DNA of 64,000 bases from Podarcis tiliguerta (Eukaryota): assembly GCA_965153285.1 (NCBI GenBank), contig OZ229115.1. One strand, written 5' to 3'. The position numbers were made by a program, and so were the translations under genes. This document shows positions 35,017 to 50,000 of the stretch, piece after piece; within the stretch, counting starts at the first letter, position 1, and each line of letters starts with the position of its first letter. The notes under the pieces are model-generated. The model did not search any database and was not told where the DNA came from. It saw only the letters and a list, made by a program, of their open reading frames with translations.

Positions 35017-38000
35017 CTGGAATATAAAAACAGGGGATTTAAAAGATGGTTTTCATTTCTTCAGTTGAATTCACAACACCATTCTTTTATCAAATTTAAA
35101 AGTGTTCTCTGCCACAAACCCCTGCATGTTGAAGCTTATGAGGTCTTTCGTTGGGTGTACTCAGCTAACTGGCATTACTTGTGTAGAAATGTACCCACAC
35201 TTCCCTGACCTACATGTTGTAGAGCAGGGAGTGGGGTAACCTTCAGCCACAGGCCAGGGGTGCCAAATTGAATAAAATATGGGGGGGGGGTGCCAGTAAG
35301 CCCCACCCCAATTAATTACAAGACGCTGCAGACACACACTATTTGAATGGCAATGCGTATCAACTGGGGGCGGGTTGCTTAAAAATGGCAGGGGGGATTA
35401 AGCTGCCCATTCATCAGCTGATGCACAGAGAATTCAATCCATAGTTGCTCTCTCCCGCTTTGCCTGTGGGCCAACTATGACAGATGGGCGGTCCTGTTGG
35501 GTGGGGGAGATGAAGATGTGGCCCATAAAGGTTTTCCACCCCCATTGTAGAAAGAGATCAGTTAAGGCAGATGGTATCTTTGGGACAGTGCATCCTCTAC
35601 TGCTAATCTTTTTGGGGCAACCTGCTATTCGCTTTCACCAAATAAAAGTTCTTTGCAGAACAGCATTTGAAAAGACTTGAACGGTGGCAATAGCTACGAG
35701 TTGGATTGTGTGCTTGGAATATACGAAAGGAATAGTTTGAATCTCAGGGCTGGCAAAGGCTAGCTGTTTGCCACATTGTGAATTGTAATCCTAACGTTTT
35801 ATTTATTTATTTTGACAGTTATTAGCCATGCCCTCTGGACAGCCCGCACAAAATTCAAAGCAATAAGATACCTTTGCATTTCTATGAATGTTGCCAGGGC
35901 TGCTCTGTGCTTCATCTAAAAGCAATTGCATTCAGACAACAGGATTTTTTCCCCCCAGAGAGCATTATTTAGTTGAAGGGTTAGCAAATGTGGTCTAATT
36001 CTATGATCACCCAAAGTTCCGAAAAGGCACTGCTTCTCTTAGTTCATTCCCTTAGTCCCTCCCCAAAGCACCCCGTTCTTAAAGTTTCTCATACCTGCTC
36101 CTTCAGCTCATTCAGCTGTGATGTGAGATGGGATACCAATTTCATGGTGGAATTCAGTTTATCCTGTAGACACCGGATCTCGTTCTGCTCCCCTTCACCT
36201 TCGTTGCTGACCAGTGACATGGCTCGCATCCGAGGGAACCAGTCCAGGTTCTTGTTCTGGAACAGCCATTGCAGGAAACAAGTGTTTTAAGGGAAGGAAT
36301 AACTATCAGAACAAAAGTAGCCTGGCACTGCAAAACAGGTAGGGCAGAACCTAAGAGAGGACAGTCAACTGAACTGTCAAGAACAAAGACTCTGTTGCTA
36401 AGTCCTGCCTGTTGGAGCAAGAGAGAGGAGTTATCCTTCCACTGATGGAGAAGCGATTCTGCAATAAAGCTAGAGCACCCAGTGTATTAATAGCATCCCT
36501 TCAAAAGCACTATACAGAAATTAAAAACCAAGCCGGTCCTTGCTTACAAGCCAGTACAGGTACCAATTCTTGAAGTTACATCCTCTCATACATCTGGCCA
36601 CTGGCAGAGGCCAGATTGCAAAACTGAAGGGAAGTAGACCCAGGGCAGCTGATTTTATTTGAGATTATATACATCACACACAGGCTGCCCACTAAAACTG
36701 CCTTTTTCCAAAGTGAAACTCTTCCCACCATGCAAGAGTATTGATCGCCTTTACCTTTATCATTTGTGCTACGTAGCTCTCAGGCCCTGTGTAGTCAGTC
36801 TTGTTTTTGACTCGCACCAGCACTATGAAATACAGGTAATTCCACATGTTGTGTTCAAATTTAATGTGCTCCTCAAAGGATACAGTCTTGTTGTCAAACT
36901 TGTCCCTTTCGAGTCCTAAGGAAGTAATGAAGAAAAGGAGAGTGCTATGTTATCTAGCAACTGCTGCACCCACCCATAAGTCCCATTAAAGAGACTGATT
37001 CTGCACACATTTTTCTCTACTTGACCTCTACTTGTAGCATACAGAAATATGAACAGCCTAAGTTGGTCACTGGGGGGCTAATGGATGGGTGGTCATGTTC
37101 ACAGCAGGGAATTGGAAGAGAAAGCTTTTGGGGTTCTTCCAATCTAATTTTAGCATGTCTTGAGCAGAAAATGGCTAGTGCCTAATGTTCACAGCTGAGC
37201 AGTTAAATTTCAAATTAGTGTACCTGTTTTGGACACTTAAAGAAATCTCTGTAAAATTGAAAACATGCCTTAAAAAAAAAGATGGACGGAGTAGTTTATA
37301 ACCATTTCAAGAGACCTCTTGAAATCTAAACACCAACGTTAATTGTGTAAAATAGGAAAGCTGAGATATTATGCATATTATCTCAAGTGATAACTGCACT
37401 TTTGCACCCACTGACAGACCAGAAACCAATAAAAATTTGCTTTGAAAGTGAAATTGTGAAAACTTAAATTTGAATGCACTAAGATGGGATACATTTCTGC
37501 TGTGTTTTGGATCCTGCATGCAGGCCAATGAATATCTGAAATACAACATATGTTTGTATTGTGGGCAGTTTCAGCTGCTGCAGTCAAATGAACACCCAAA
37601 TCCTAATTGTCCTTTCTGTAGGGGCCTGAAGAACACCCCCTGAATACTTAGTTCACTTTTGGAGAAGGGGATAGTTCCTCCACCAGATAGGCAATGATCT
37701 TGTTGGATGCTTGCTGAATATATGGGGGTATTTCCCGGATAAATAGTTTCCCTGGGCAATTACCACATATAAAACACGTTGTCTTCAGGATTTCTTCTTT
37801 TTTCTGCTTCTCGCTCCTCAGATCTGCAAAGGTGTCGATGATTACACCAAATATGAGGTTGAGGACTATGATTATGACAATGAAGAAGAACAGGAGGTCG
37901 TAGATCACTCGAGCAGGGAAAAGAGACTCCTTTAGGACAGAAAGACAAGGACAGCCATTAAAAGAAAGCATGGCTTCTCTTATCCAGTGCTTTGCTGAAA

Positions 38001-41000
38001 AATGCCAAACATTTCCCTCTAGAAATTGGCAGACAAGTTGCCAACATGCCAGTGGCTACAAGATGAATAGATTTGTTTTGTAAACAATGAAGAAAATATT
38101 TGGAAGTATTGATTGTGTTAGGTGTGCATAATGTTGGAATTGTAAAATGTGAGAAGGGAAGGTAGCAAACCAATGTGACAAGATCTGTCACACCCCTCAG
38201 GTTGGGGACCCCATTTGCCCCATACAATGTGGTGTTCGGCATTTGGTATTTAGCATAGGTGCCCCTGCGCTATGTCACAATAGACAAACTGTTGGAAAAA
38301 TCCAAATATGCACACCACGCTGGTATGCACTGATTTTATTAGGGCACAGGCACCCTTTGTTGTGCTGGTTTAGACCCCTAGCCAGCGTTGCCTAACATGG
38401 GTTGCCCCCAAATTAACTCACATCTTTGGACGGCTTCCTGAGAATGTCACCCACACCACCTCCGTTTCTGAGGCCATGATTCAGGACAGTGACTATGCAC
38501 ATGAGCAGTGTGTCGCAGGCACGCTCTGAATTATCTTCCTCCGCTTCTGGAATGCAAGCAAAAGTGCACTCAGCAGGAACACAAACAGAGCACCTATGAT
38601 TAGCTTTCAGTATTGTGAAATCCGTATTTCTTAGCTTCATTAACTATATGCAGAAAATACCTGGCTGTTCTGCCTCATCCTCCCTTTTTAGAAGATGGAA
38701 AAAAAATAGCAGAGACATTTCCAATAGCCACGGGCAACGGCTCTGCTTGTTTCTAAAATTCATCCTGCATTATATTGTTAGGGCACTATCCAACTCTTTC
38801 CATCAGTGCAAGGATCTCCACTTGCGAAACGAAATTTCCCCTACTCCTCTCCTTCCGTGTTTGCCCCAAAAATCTTTTCTGGGAGTTCTCATGGTCCTCT
38901 GAAGCAGACCTGAGGAGGGCACAGGGGGATAAGAGAGGAGAAGAGTTCCATTGTGCAAGCAGAAATCCTTGCAGTGGCAGAAATAAGTTAGTTGGCTGCC
39001 ATCCTTACTTACTTACATAGAGTGGCCCCTAGTCCCAGTAAGATGCTGTGGATAAGTACCAACAAAGTAATTTTGCATCTTAACTTGGACATTAGATCTT
39101 ACAGCATCTTGGGCTGACTTCCAAGACACAGATCAATTTCATCCTAGTTGCCCTCTCAAGGTGCCGGATAAAATATGCAAAGTTTCTCTTCACTCCCACA
39201 AGCATCTGAATTAGAGAAAGTTGCTTCAGCCACCCCACCTACCTTCTATCACTTTGGGCTTGGCAACACCAGAAGAGCAGCTCATTTTGTCACTACTGCA
39301 TGTCTCCATAAAAGCGTCCATGTCTGCTTGCATCCCCAAAGGAGTACCTGGAAGGACAGGAGGCAGCAGAATTGTCAAAACATCAACTTTCAATTCATAA
39401 CAATGACAAAGTCCAGAAAAGTTGTTCCTCTGACTGAAGCCATGCCAAAAAGTACCTCCCGTCATGTTCTTGTTGTTCTAGGTTGCTATCTACCCAGTGT
39501 CACATAGCCTCACCACCACAAGCATCCTGTCCACATCCTTGAACTGTAACCGATCCCACAAGCTGTACTTAAATGATGCTCCAAGGACCTCCAACAAGCA
39601 TGAACTAATGGTGACACTGTTCAGCACAAAGCCAAGTAATGGTACCCTCAGACTAATTCACAAATCTCTCACAGGAGACTATTGAGTGGTCTGTTAATGA
39701 TGCCATACTGATCTCTGGGCCAACCGCTTTGAATAGCTCTGCTGCACAATTCACTGAGTACATAATAGAGGCTAAGAGATACACTATCTTTGCTCCCATC
39801 ACTGCCATGTGGTACGAACAGCTATGTACTTGTACCTCAATTCAGTCAGATTCATGCCAGGACTTGCACTCCCTGCACTAGCTGACATCTGGCCTGCTTC
39901 ATCACTCAGGGCTCCTCAGTAAACCAAGGAGCCTTCCAGATACCCCATGGCTGTAGAGAGCACTTAGAAGTGATTGTGTCAATAGAAGAGGGGGAAATGC
40001 ATCTACATCAGCCAGCATCGAATGCACACACCAATAGAAGCTCTTTGAATCTCTTCAGAATAGAAGGGAGGTCCAGTCCAAGCACTCAATGAAACGTGGA
40101 CATGTTTAAGGGTTGTCAGGGATCATGCTGAGGAGGAATGGTGCTGAGGAGGAATGGTGGGAGTGACCCCCTGACCCTAAATCTTCCCAGGAGCAGGAGG
40201 ACAGTATAGATTTGGAACAGTGGTTTGCAGAAGGGCCTAGATCAGAAGGCAGAAGCTGGGAATTACTGGGTGGGGAACAGCTAGGAGAAGAAACACTGGA
40301 AGAGAGAGGGTTAACAGTTTCACAGTCTTTGGACAGCATTCCAAAGTCACAAAGAGCTCAGAAAGTCTCAGAACAGAAAGCACAGAGGGTACAAACTCAG
40401 ATTACAAGACGGAGGAGTGACATAGATTAATAGGGATGGAGGAGTGTGTGATCCTTAATTGGGAGCACCACCATTTCTAGGAGATGTGTTCTTTGTTCTC
40501 TCACTGTGATTATTAAAGTATCTAACTGGTAAGACGCCCCTTTCTTTTATCTTTTTATCTCCTGACACGAGGGGAGGAAGCCGATTCTCCGAAGCCTGAC
40601 AGGGGGGCATGTTCAGTCTAGGAGGAGTTGATCAGGTGAAAACATGAATGAAGGAGGAAGAGCAAAGTCTCAAGCATTGAAGGTTTTGAGGAGATGATTT
40701 ACAGAGACCTTCTGCAGGTGCCATGGGAGGTACACTGATGCCCAAAGATGCCATGTTGGCAACCCCTGAAGTGAAGCATATGAACCCACTGAAATCTACA
40801 CACTTGAACAGAAGAGTCTTTATATGTTGTATTTTGAATGGGGGGGGGGAGAGAGACTGCCATGCAAAACACATACAAGCCAGTTCTTTCACAGTTGCAG
40901 TACTTTGCTGGTAAAAGCTGCTATTTATACACTCATAAAAGGTGCCCAATCCAGGAGTCTCAAATTGCACTTCCCTTAAGTGCAGCGCTGAATGTCAAAG

Positions 41001-44000
41001 CCTCCAAATTGCAAGCCTTAAGGACATAAACACGCTGGAGTGGATTTAGCTTGCCCATTACCAGTTATTCATTCTTGGTTGAAAGGTCTAGTACAAAATC
41101 AAGGTGAAAACCAATCCTTAAATAAACGCAGGAGGGAACATACAGGTTTCCAGTGTAATTGGACGAACCCCGGTGAAGACAAATGGGTTGCTTCAGAAGT
41201 CAGCAAATCTTAAAATCCTTTCTGTTTAAAACACTATTGTTAAATATCAAACTTGAGAGATAGCGGGGTGGGGTGGGGGAAGCAAACCTTTCGATTTAAT
41301 GTTGGGCAATGGGTCTACTTCAAGGATGAAGTCATCTTTCAGAAAGAGAAAGCCTACAATGGAGAAGAGGTAGACGAGGATGAGAGCCAGAAGGGCTGTC
41401 AGAAGAATGGAGCGTCCGTTGCGTGTCACACTTTTGATGACATTAAATAAGGTCTCCTCCCGGTAGATCAAGTCAAACAGCTGAAACAGAAAAATAAAAA
41501 TAACTTGCTTATATAGAATCAGTCTGAAGAGAACAGGCATTCTGTGGTAGTCCTTCAGGCACATAGTATTTATTAGCAGGTGAATGATTGCCATTCATTA
41601 ATCACCAACATCCCCACTTTTCTCACAGATAAATGTGGACGTTCTTTTCCATAAAGGAACAAGAAGCCCTTTGGACTCTTGCTTCAAGAGCCTAGCAACT
41701 TCTCGGAACAGGAATTGGTTTGGTGTTGTTTGACAGTACCAAACCATCCCATCTAGTCAATGATTTGTATTTCTTTCTTGCCCACTTCATAAAATGAATA
41801 ATTGCAATCCTAGCCAGCTAGGGAGAACAAAGCAGGCATAAAAAGAGGTGAAATGTTACGCATACAACAGGTAGATAATACAGAAGAAATTAGCATACCA
41901 AGATGCTGTAGAATAGTTCGTGCACAAAGAGTCCCAAGACGCTGGTCAAGATATAGGCAACATGATAGAGAAATTCCATATCCATGATCATGGCCTTATA
42001 TCCTCGGATGAATGTTCCGCGGTTTCCAACAAAGCTCACCACAAACACAATCTTATTTGTCAGCTGTGGAACAAGCACAAAGCAGAGGGGGAAAGAGGCA
42101 AGCAGTTACTTTCCGGAGTGAGTTTATGCTGTTTATTATGCTACTTTAGCTTTATTGACAGCAATCTTCTGCTTTCAGTTAACACTGATATAAATCCATT
42201 GCCATTAGATTTGCAAAGACAAAGTGGTCTTAGCTCTAGGCATGGTGCCAGTACCTAAAACCCCTTGCTTCTTTGTTTGTTTGTTGGTTTGTCTCCTTAA
42301 TAAAATTTATACACTGCTTGATTGTGTAAAAAAAAAAAAAAAACCTCAGCATTTTACAAAAGATACAACAGTAAAATCAAGAAAATTTCACAACCAAACC
42401 TAAAAGCACACAAAAGTTAAAATACTAAACTAGATTAAAATTACTTCGATTTTCTAAGCATCTAGATAGGCATATTTAAACAAGAATGTTTTTAACAGGT
42501 GTCAAAGAGTACAGCGAAGGCGCCTACTTGATCTCAATAGGCAAGGGGTTGCAGAGTTTATGGTAGTTCAGTGGAACTCATTCCCAGTTAAATATGTACA
42601 AGACTGCAGCCAGAGTTTGGCCTGAGGTTAGCCAAGTGACTTACATTGAGAGCTCCCAGTATGTTCAGAGTGAGTCCAATGCCCAGGTGGTAGATGGATC
42701 GCAGGATCAATGCCACAAGGAGCGGTCGGATCCCGTAGCGTCGTGTAAAGAGAGCCATGATGGAGAAGCAGATTAAAAGCCAGGAGAGCAGGGGGATCAG
42801 TGGAGAATCCAACAGCCCTGGAAATTCACAAATTAATTCATTAAGTAGCCAAGACGTTTGTTTGTAACATAACCTTCAGCAGCAGCTGCTGTGATGGAGC
42901 AGAACTGCTCTCCTGACACTGGCATCGCTGAGACTTACCTGGAAGGTGCAGGGGTGGGGAAGGGTGAGGTTTGGATGCACACCCCCACCAGCCCTGACCT
43001 TGCCACAGTCCTGTCCCACCCAACACCTTCCAAGTGACAGAAGTGGAGCTCTGCATGCCCCGTTACTGATCACGTCGCACAGCATTAGGTGAGAAGAAAC
43101 AAGCTTCGAGAGAACACAGCATTAAAGCACTTGCATAGCAACAGCCATCGATGCAAAGCAGAAGGCAGTGAATGCCATTACTGTTCATCCACACTTTCGT
43201 TTGTGATTTCTAAGCCTGGGTCTCGTCGGAAAATCTGCAGTTTACTGCTGAACTGGAACAAACGTCAGTCAGATTTTCTGCAAAGAACTGCAGCTGACAG
43301 GGAGGAGGACTGGAGATGCCTCCTTGCCCAGGATGGTGCAGATGTGCTACTAATGCACAACCAGCAATGCCTAGTGGGAACCAAAGATGCCATCACCCTG
43401 TACCCACCCAGGCACTGCTAGCCATTCCCCAACAGCACAGCTGCTCAGTGGACCACATCCTGCCTCATCAACCCCAGATCTGAGCACCCAGATTTAAAGG
43501 GATGCATTTCTTTTAGGAGACCACATCAGGGTATGTACAGTCTACCATGAGTGTCATCTACATCAGAGGCTTTCAGCCTTTTTGAGTCCATGGCTCCCTT
43601 GACAAATGACATTATAGAGTCCAGTGTTGCCCGTGGCACCCCTGACCATCATTCAAGGCACCCCAGGGTGCCACGGCACACTGGTTGAAAACCACTGATC
43701 TGCATGCTTGTTTGTTTCCAAAAACACTCATAATATTCAAACAGAACACAACTTCTTACTGGGAACTGGTTTACCAAAGGTTTTGCAGAAAGGTTCTTTC
43801 CAAAGGGGGTTTAATTTTAATGTTCACAAAAAGATAAGTGATTAGGGTTTTTGAAATGATAGCTTATTTGAGGTAAAGAACTGCTAGCAGTTGGCTGCAA
43901 AGGCCTAGCTGGCAAAATTGACTGAAGAACCACAGGGCCTCAGATAGCATTTTCTTTGCATGAATACCAAGTGGACAGAGTACCCCTGCAAAGGGATCCA

Positions 44001-47000
44001 TGAATGCTGGCAATGGTTGTATAAAAATCAAAGTGTGCCTGATGGAACATATACCCATTGAGGATGCCTCGACATAAGGATAGAATAAAGCAATGATGAT
44101 GTTTATGAAGACAGCCAGGTTGAAGGAAATGCTTCCCCAGAGTGTCATTCTGCGGGAGAACCAGTACATCAGTGGATTGCCTATGAGAAGAAAGAAAGGC
44201 AAAGCTGAGTATATCTTGTATGCTTTTGGAAAGTAGCACAGAAATCTCCAAAGACCCAGCAATCTCAGTGCAATTATTTATAGAGCCAGGGATCAATGCT
44301 CTTGTTTCCCCAACCCAGTTGCAAACACTATCAATTGCCAGAAACTGGGACATAATTTTCAAATGATACCTCATATTTGTGCTCACCACATTTCAGTGGA
44401 CTGCAGCACATAAAATTGGTCCGGGATCATGTCCTGATTTCATTCTTTCTACCCCTGTTTTCTGTAGAAAAACCCACTAAGATTTTCAATGTTAAGCAGG
44501 GAGGGTGAAACAGCAGCCCTCCATATCTTATTGGACTCCAACTCCCATCAGCCCCAGCCAGCATGGCCAATGGCAAGGATGATGGGAGTTGTAGTCTGGG
44601 CAGCTACGGGTTAGCCACTGTTGATTTAAAGGGACATCCAGTCAGCTCTCTCAGAGCTAAGAGAGGGGAATAGGGATGCTGCAGATATGCCACCCACCCA
44701 GCAGCCTCCCTGACTGGTAGTCTCTGAGAATCCCCACACAGCAGCGTTGGGATATGTCAATGTCCATGCAGAGGCTGCCTCTACAGATTCAGCTCATTGT
44801 GGCCTTCATGACTACTATGGGGCTACCTCAGTTCATCACAGGCCCCAAACAAGTGGAAGGGCACACTCTTGAACTGGTCTTTGCTATAGAGCGAGTGGCT
44901 GCAGAGAGAGTTTGCAATGAGCTCGTTGTCATGGGTAGATCATTTCTTGATGTCACTAGGACTGGAAACAGTAATATCCTGCTGCAGGGGTGTGGAACTA
45001 CTGAATATTACACAGGCACCATCTCTTGTCTTTTCGGCAACAGCTGAAGACCTTCCACTTTCAACAAGACATTTGCATTGAAATCTTTCCCAGTCTGCAC
45101 CTGTACTGTCAATATTTCCTTTGTTGTTTTACTACTTGTTGACTGCCCCTGGGTTGCTTTGGGAGGAAGGGCAAGATACAAATTTAAAGGAAAAAAATAA
45201 AATAAGATGGTCTGCCCCAGAGGCTTATAGAATTCAGTGGATTATTGAATCATCTAGGGGTTTCCTGATTGACTTGGTCGGCACTCCTGAAAAAGCTGTG
45301 GTCTCACTGTGAAACAGAAACAATTATTGAAATGATTGCACCCAAGTGCCCTCTCCAGGGCTATGGAGTCTGCATGGCCCCATGATTCTCTGGGGAGCTG
45401 CAGGGAATGAATTGGGTGCCACCTTCAGGACAGGGTCAGTGGAGCCCGTGAACATCACTTGACTATCCACACTCCTGAACAGTTGCTGCAGGGGCTTGAG
45501 CTGACATACAATTTGGCATTCTAAATTATTATCTGTACAAACAGCCTCCTGCCTTGTTCTAGTCTTACTGCGCAGTTTCTTCTGCCATTCCATCTCGTTG
45601 TGGAGGAAGGATGACTGCTCAAAGAAGTCACTGACTTTGCTGCCCTGGTCATCCTGCTCTGTTGTGGTGAACAGGCGGTATTTCGTCTCTTTGGTCACAA
45701 ACTCGCAGATGCTGGGCACCGGGAAGATGATCTGTTCCATGCTGCGGTCCAGGCGCACAATCTGGGAGAAAGCAGAGAATTGAGGAGTCTTTGGTTCATA
45801 TCCTGGAAGGGACCTAGGTCTTTCTCCCACTTTATCCTGGTAGCTTAAATATGGGTCAAAGCAGTTCAAAACCATATGTATAAAATATACAGTTAAAACC
45901 AGTGCATCTGTATATGTGACAGTCACCCCCAGCAGCAAAACCAAGGAAATAAGCATCTGGGTTGGGGCACAATGTCTGCTAGAGTTGCAGCTAATCCAGG
46001 ATGCTGCACCAGCAAACAGCATGGGCCAGTGCTTCAACATTGGCAGGCAAGAGTTAGCATCACCAGATGCGGCATCATAAAGGTTTTTATATGGCTCAGG
46101 ATAAGGTAGAGAAAGGACATGACTAGGTGGAATCTTGAGTGAGTCAACCACAGGGCATTTTTCAAAGAGATTTGCTAGTCACAAGGGAGGAGGCTACATT
46201 AGTGTATTCTGGCACGATTCCTTACATTCAAGCAGAACTAATGGGATGACAGCTGACAGGCACGAGCCTGAGCTCTTGAAAAATTGGTTACGCAACTTAC
46301 AAGCTGCAAAAGCAGCAGCTCTGGTGGCTAATAGAGCCATCCTAAAGTTGAGGATGAGGAGAGAAATTCTGTAGAGAAGAAACCACCATTTCCTAAAGCC
46401 TACTGGCTCACACCAACCAGAGCTGGAGGTTTTCTATTGTGTACTGCCTTCATTCAGCTTTCAAGAAAAGTAGTTTTCCCACTATTGACACTAATGGAAG
46501 AGAAAACAATTATGCTAACTTCAGAACTGGTGTACATTTTTGCCATTTGTGAGGGCAAATCAGAGGAGGCCTGGGAATCACAGTAACCAAGGCCCCCTCA
46601 TTAAGTCTCTTATGGAGATTTCGGAGCAGGTCATCCACATGCTGTTAGATAATGAAATGCAGAACTGTATATTACACCGTTTAGGTCATCTGATAGAGAA
46701 ATCCGGATTCCAGACATGACCGCCAAAAATTCTAATTACACACAAATTTGAAAACGTGTAGAGATAGCTATGAAAAAAGTCAACCCCACCTCTATCTGGG
46801 ATGTGTGCTTCTCATAATACGCTAGTGGATCTTCCTCTTCCTCTTGGACAGGAGTTGTTGATTTCAGCATCTGGGTCAGCTGTTTGTTGTGTAGAATGAG
46901 CTGTGAGAAAGAGAAGGGGAAAAGACTATAACCTCAGCTTGTAAAGGCCCAGGGGGGATCTCTTTCAGCTATGTATTAGCAATACATTTCCTTGTATTTA

Positions 47001-50000
47001 CTAGGTATGACAAGCTCTGGGGGGGTGAGGGGAGCATATATAGTCAGGGTAGACAGGGCCTGCGCTTCCCCTGGGAGACAGCCATTCAATTCAGCACACT
47101 AATTAACAGCCAAAGACCACTAATCTGTAAATTACAAATCACTGCCCATAAATCCCCACACAGAAATTGAATTATAACTGGGTAATGATTGTGGTCTTAG
47201 ACTGTGCAATGTGAGCAAACAAGCTCACAGCCAAGCAGTCAATGTGGCTATCTCTGAAAAATAAAAGGAATGTTGGTTGTACCACAGGGAAAACTCACCT
47301 GCACTGCTGTATAAAGAGCTACCGGGAGGTGAGGGAAGGTGTGTACAGAGACCACTATGCCTTCAGGAAAGCAACACAAAGCTGTACAATCTTCCAGTAG
47401 ATTTCCTACTTTGGTGTATGGGGTTCTTTTTTCCTCTTCTGGTGTAACATACTATCGCTCAAAAGCTTTCCCCCCTGTTCTTGATCTGAAGGCCAAGAAG
47501 TAAGGCCATTTCATTGTTCCATTCTGTGCCTCTGTGACCTATTATGAACCCAGGGATGCAGGTGGCGCTGTGGTCTAAACCACCGAGCCTCTTGGGCTTG
47601 CCAATCAGAAGGTCAGCGGTTTGAATCCCCATGATGGGGTGAGCTCCCATTGCTTTGCCGCAACTCCTGCCAACCTAGCAGTTTGAAAGCATAGCAGCAC
47701 AAGTAAATAAATAGGTACCACTGCAGCGAAAAGGTAAACGGCGTTTCCATGCGCTCTGGTTTCCGTCATGGTGTTCCGTTGCACCGGAAGCAGTTTAGTC
47801 ATGCTGGCCACATGACCCAGAAAGCTGGACAAGTGCCAGCTCCCTCGGCCTGAAGCAAGATGAGCTCCATACCCTATAGTCTCCTTTGGCTGGACTTAAC
47901 CATCCAGTGGTCCTTCACCTTTTTTCTTTTCTTTTTTTTACCTTTTATTGTTAAGCCATTGCCTATTCCTCCCTGTACCCTCTGGCTAACCTGACTTTTA
48001 ACCATGCACACTGGGTCATTCTGAGAAGCTAACAAATTCAACAGGGTCAAACAGCAAAAACAAATAGTAAAATCAAACAGTAAAAACACCATATAAATCA
48101 TAATATATACAACAAAAATAGCCACTAATATAAGGCATATGTCCACAAACCTGTTCTGATGTGTGTGTACCTCCACAACAGTGAGTAAAGTTTCTTAAGT
48201 AGAGCCAACTGCCATACTCTAGCCATCCAGCCACTCAGTAATGTTTGAAGTCTGCCTGCAACCCACAGCTCTGTTTCATATCTGCTTCTCTTCTTCGACC
48301 ACCTTTCCCCAAAGCCTCTGTCTCTTCTACCTATCTTTAAGTTTCTGTTTTTTGGTCCACTGCCAACTCTGCCTCCTTCCCTTAGCCACATTGCCCTTGG
48401 GCCTGTGCATAATTTTAATCCTTGAAACTATTTGATTTCCCTCACAAATAGACTCTTTGCCAAAATGCTGATGTAGACAGCTTCACTACCTCCGCAGTTA
48501 AAAAAAATAAAATGCTTGTGAACTTTCCATGGCATAAATGTTTCTCAATCACAGCCTTTGGTTTCACTAGCACAAAACATCTCAAAAGCATTACAACAGT
48601 GTTTTAATAAAATCCTTTATAAACTGACAAAGTAGCAATGTCCTTAGTTAACATCCTTATGGATTTGGATCATTGAAGGCTTGTGTAGCTTCACCATCTC
48701 CACATTTCACCTCATGGGAAAATGTAAACAGATGAAAAATTAAATTATGGGAAACAGCTGCAGAACTGTCCCTTACCAGGACTGACGCAATATGTCAGCA
48801 GTATTTCCTAAGCACCTTCCTGTTTCAATGGGGAGCATACACATACCATAGAAGAGATCCCTTCCTCCTCCTCCTCCTGAATTCGTTTCACAGGTTTTAA
48901 GAGATGCTGGAGCTGCTTGTTGTGCCGAGACAGCTGAAAACGTAAAGAAAACAAACAATGAATTGTCAGAGCCTAACAGCTGACTACAAAGTCATTTGTG
49001 GATAGGTGAAAGCTTGTTTGCTTTGAAGCCTCATGTCACTCAGTTACAATCATTTTTTTAAAAAAGTCTTTGCATCAGTGCATCCTTTCAGAATGCACAT
49101 CACCAGTTCAACCAAAAGTAGCGCTGGTGCCCATCATTTGGACAGGAACATTGGGATGCTCCTTGCTGGCAGGCCTTTCCCACCAATGATGGAGCAACCT
49201 CCACAGCAAAGGTTAGGAGAGCCAAGCCGGGCTGGGTGGAGGGATACCTCCATCACATCTAAACTCCCTCCAGCACAGCAGATTGGGTTTTTTAATTGCT
49301 CTGCCCATCAGTTGTACCATTGCTTCCTCCTCCCCATTTAAAGGTTTATATGGAGCTGTGGGATGAGAGTATGGTACACACACACAAAAACCAATGTACT
49401 TCCTTGATCTGGGTTTGTGTGGAGAAAGAAGGAATAAAAACTGAAGGGTAAAGCAGATTTGGGCTTGAAGAGAGAACAAAACCCCAGATGTCTATTTCTT
49501 TCTGTTGGAAGTGTGTTGTATTGCATGTGGGTCAAGACTGCAGCTCCATCCACCTATCAACTGAGGCTGAAATCTTCCAATGTTGTGCTTGAGAAACTAT
49601 TTTAATTGGTCTGGGGGGAGAATGTGGGAAGAGTAACCCTTTCTAATCCACCCTTCATCCTCAAGGGCACCAGTGCCTAGGAAAAGGGAAAGGAATCTTT
49701 ATCAAGCAGTAAAGCATTCATACAAAGGATACCTGTAGGGCTAAAATGTAGATGTTGTGTCCAACTTCCCGAGGAGAAACATCAGAGTTCTCACACTCTT
49801 CTTCTTGAACATAGGCTTTCTTAATGACATCAACCTGTGAAATATTTCACACATAAGTCCTGGTCACTAAAGCAGGAATCTGCTATAGGCAAGGCTATAG
49901 CAATAGCATAGTAAACAGGTAGGCTTGCTGTATGAGCAAAGAATCTGCTATTCTGTGAAGAATTGGCGTCCTGAGAATCACAGCTTTCATTTTTAATAAG

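Noticed and set aside
45324-46151. Longest ORF in the track (275 aa, minus strand)
   Set aside because: Only 45569-45761 is ITPR3 exon; the rest is stop-free intron with no recognisable protein features
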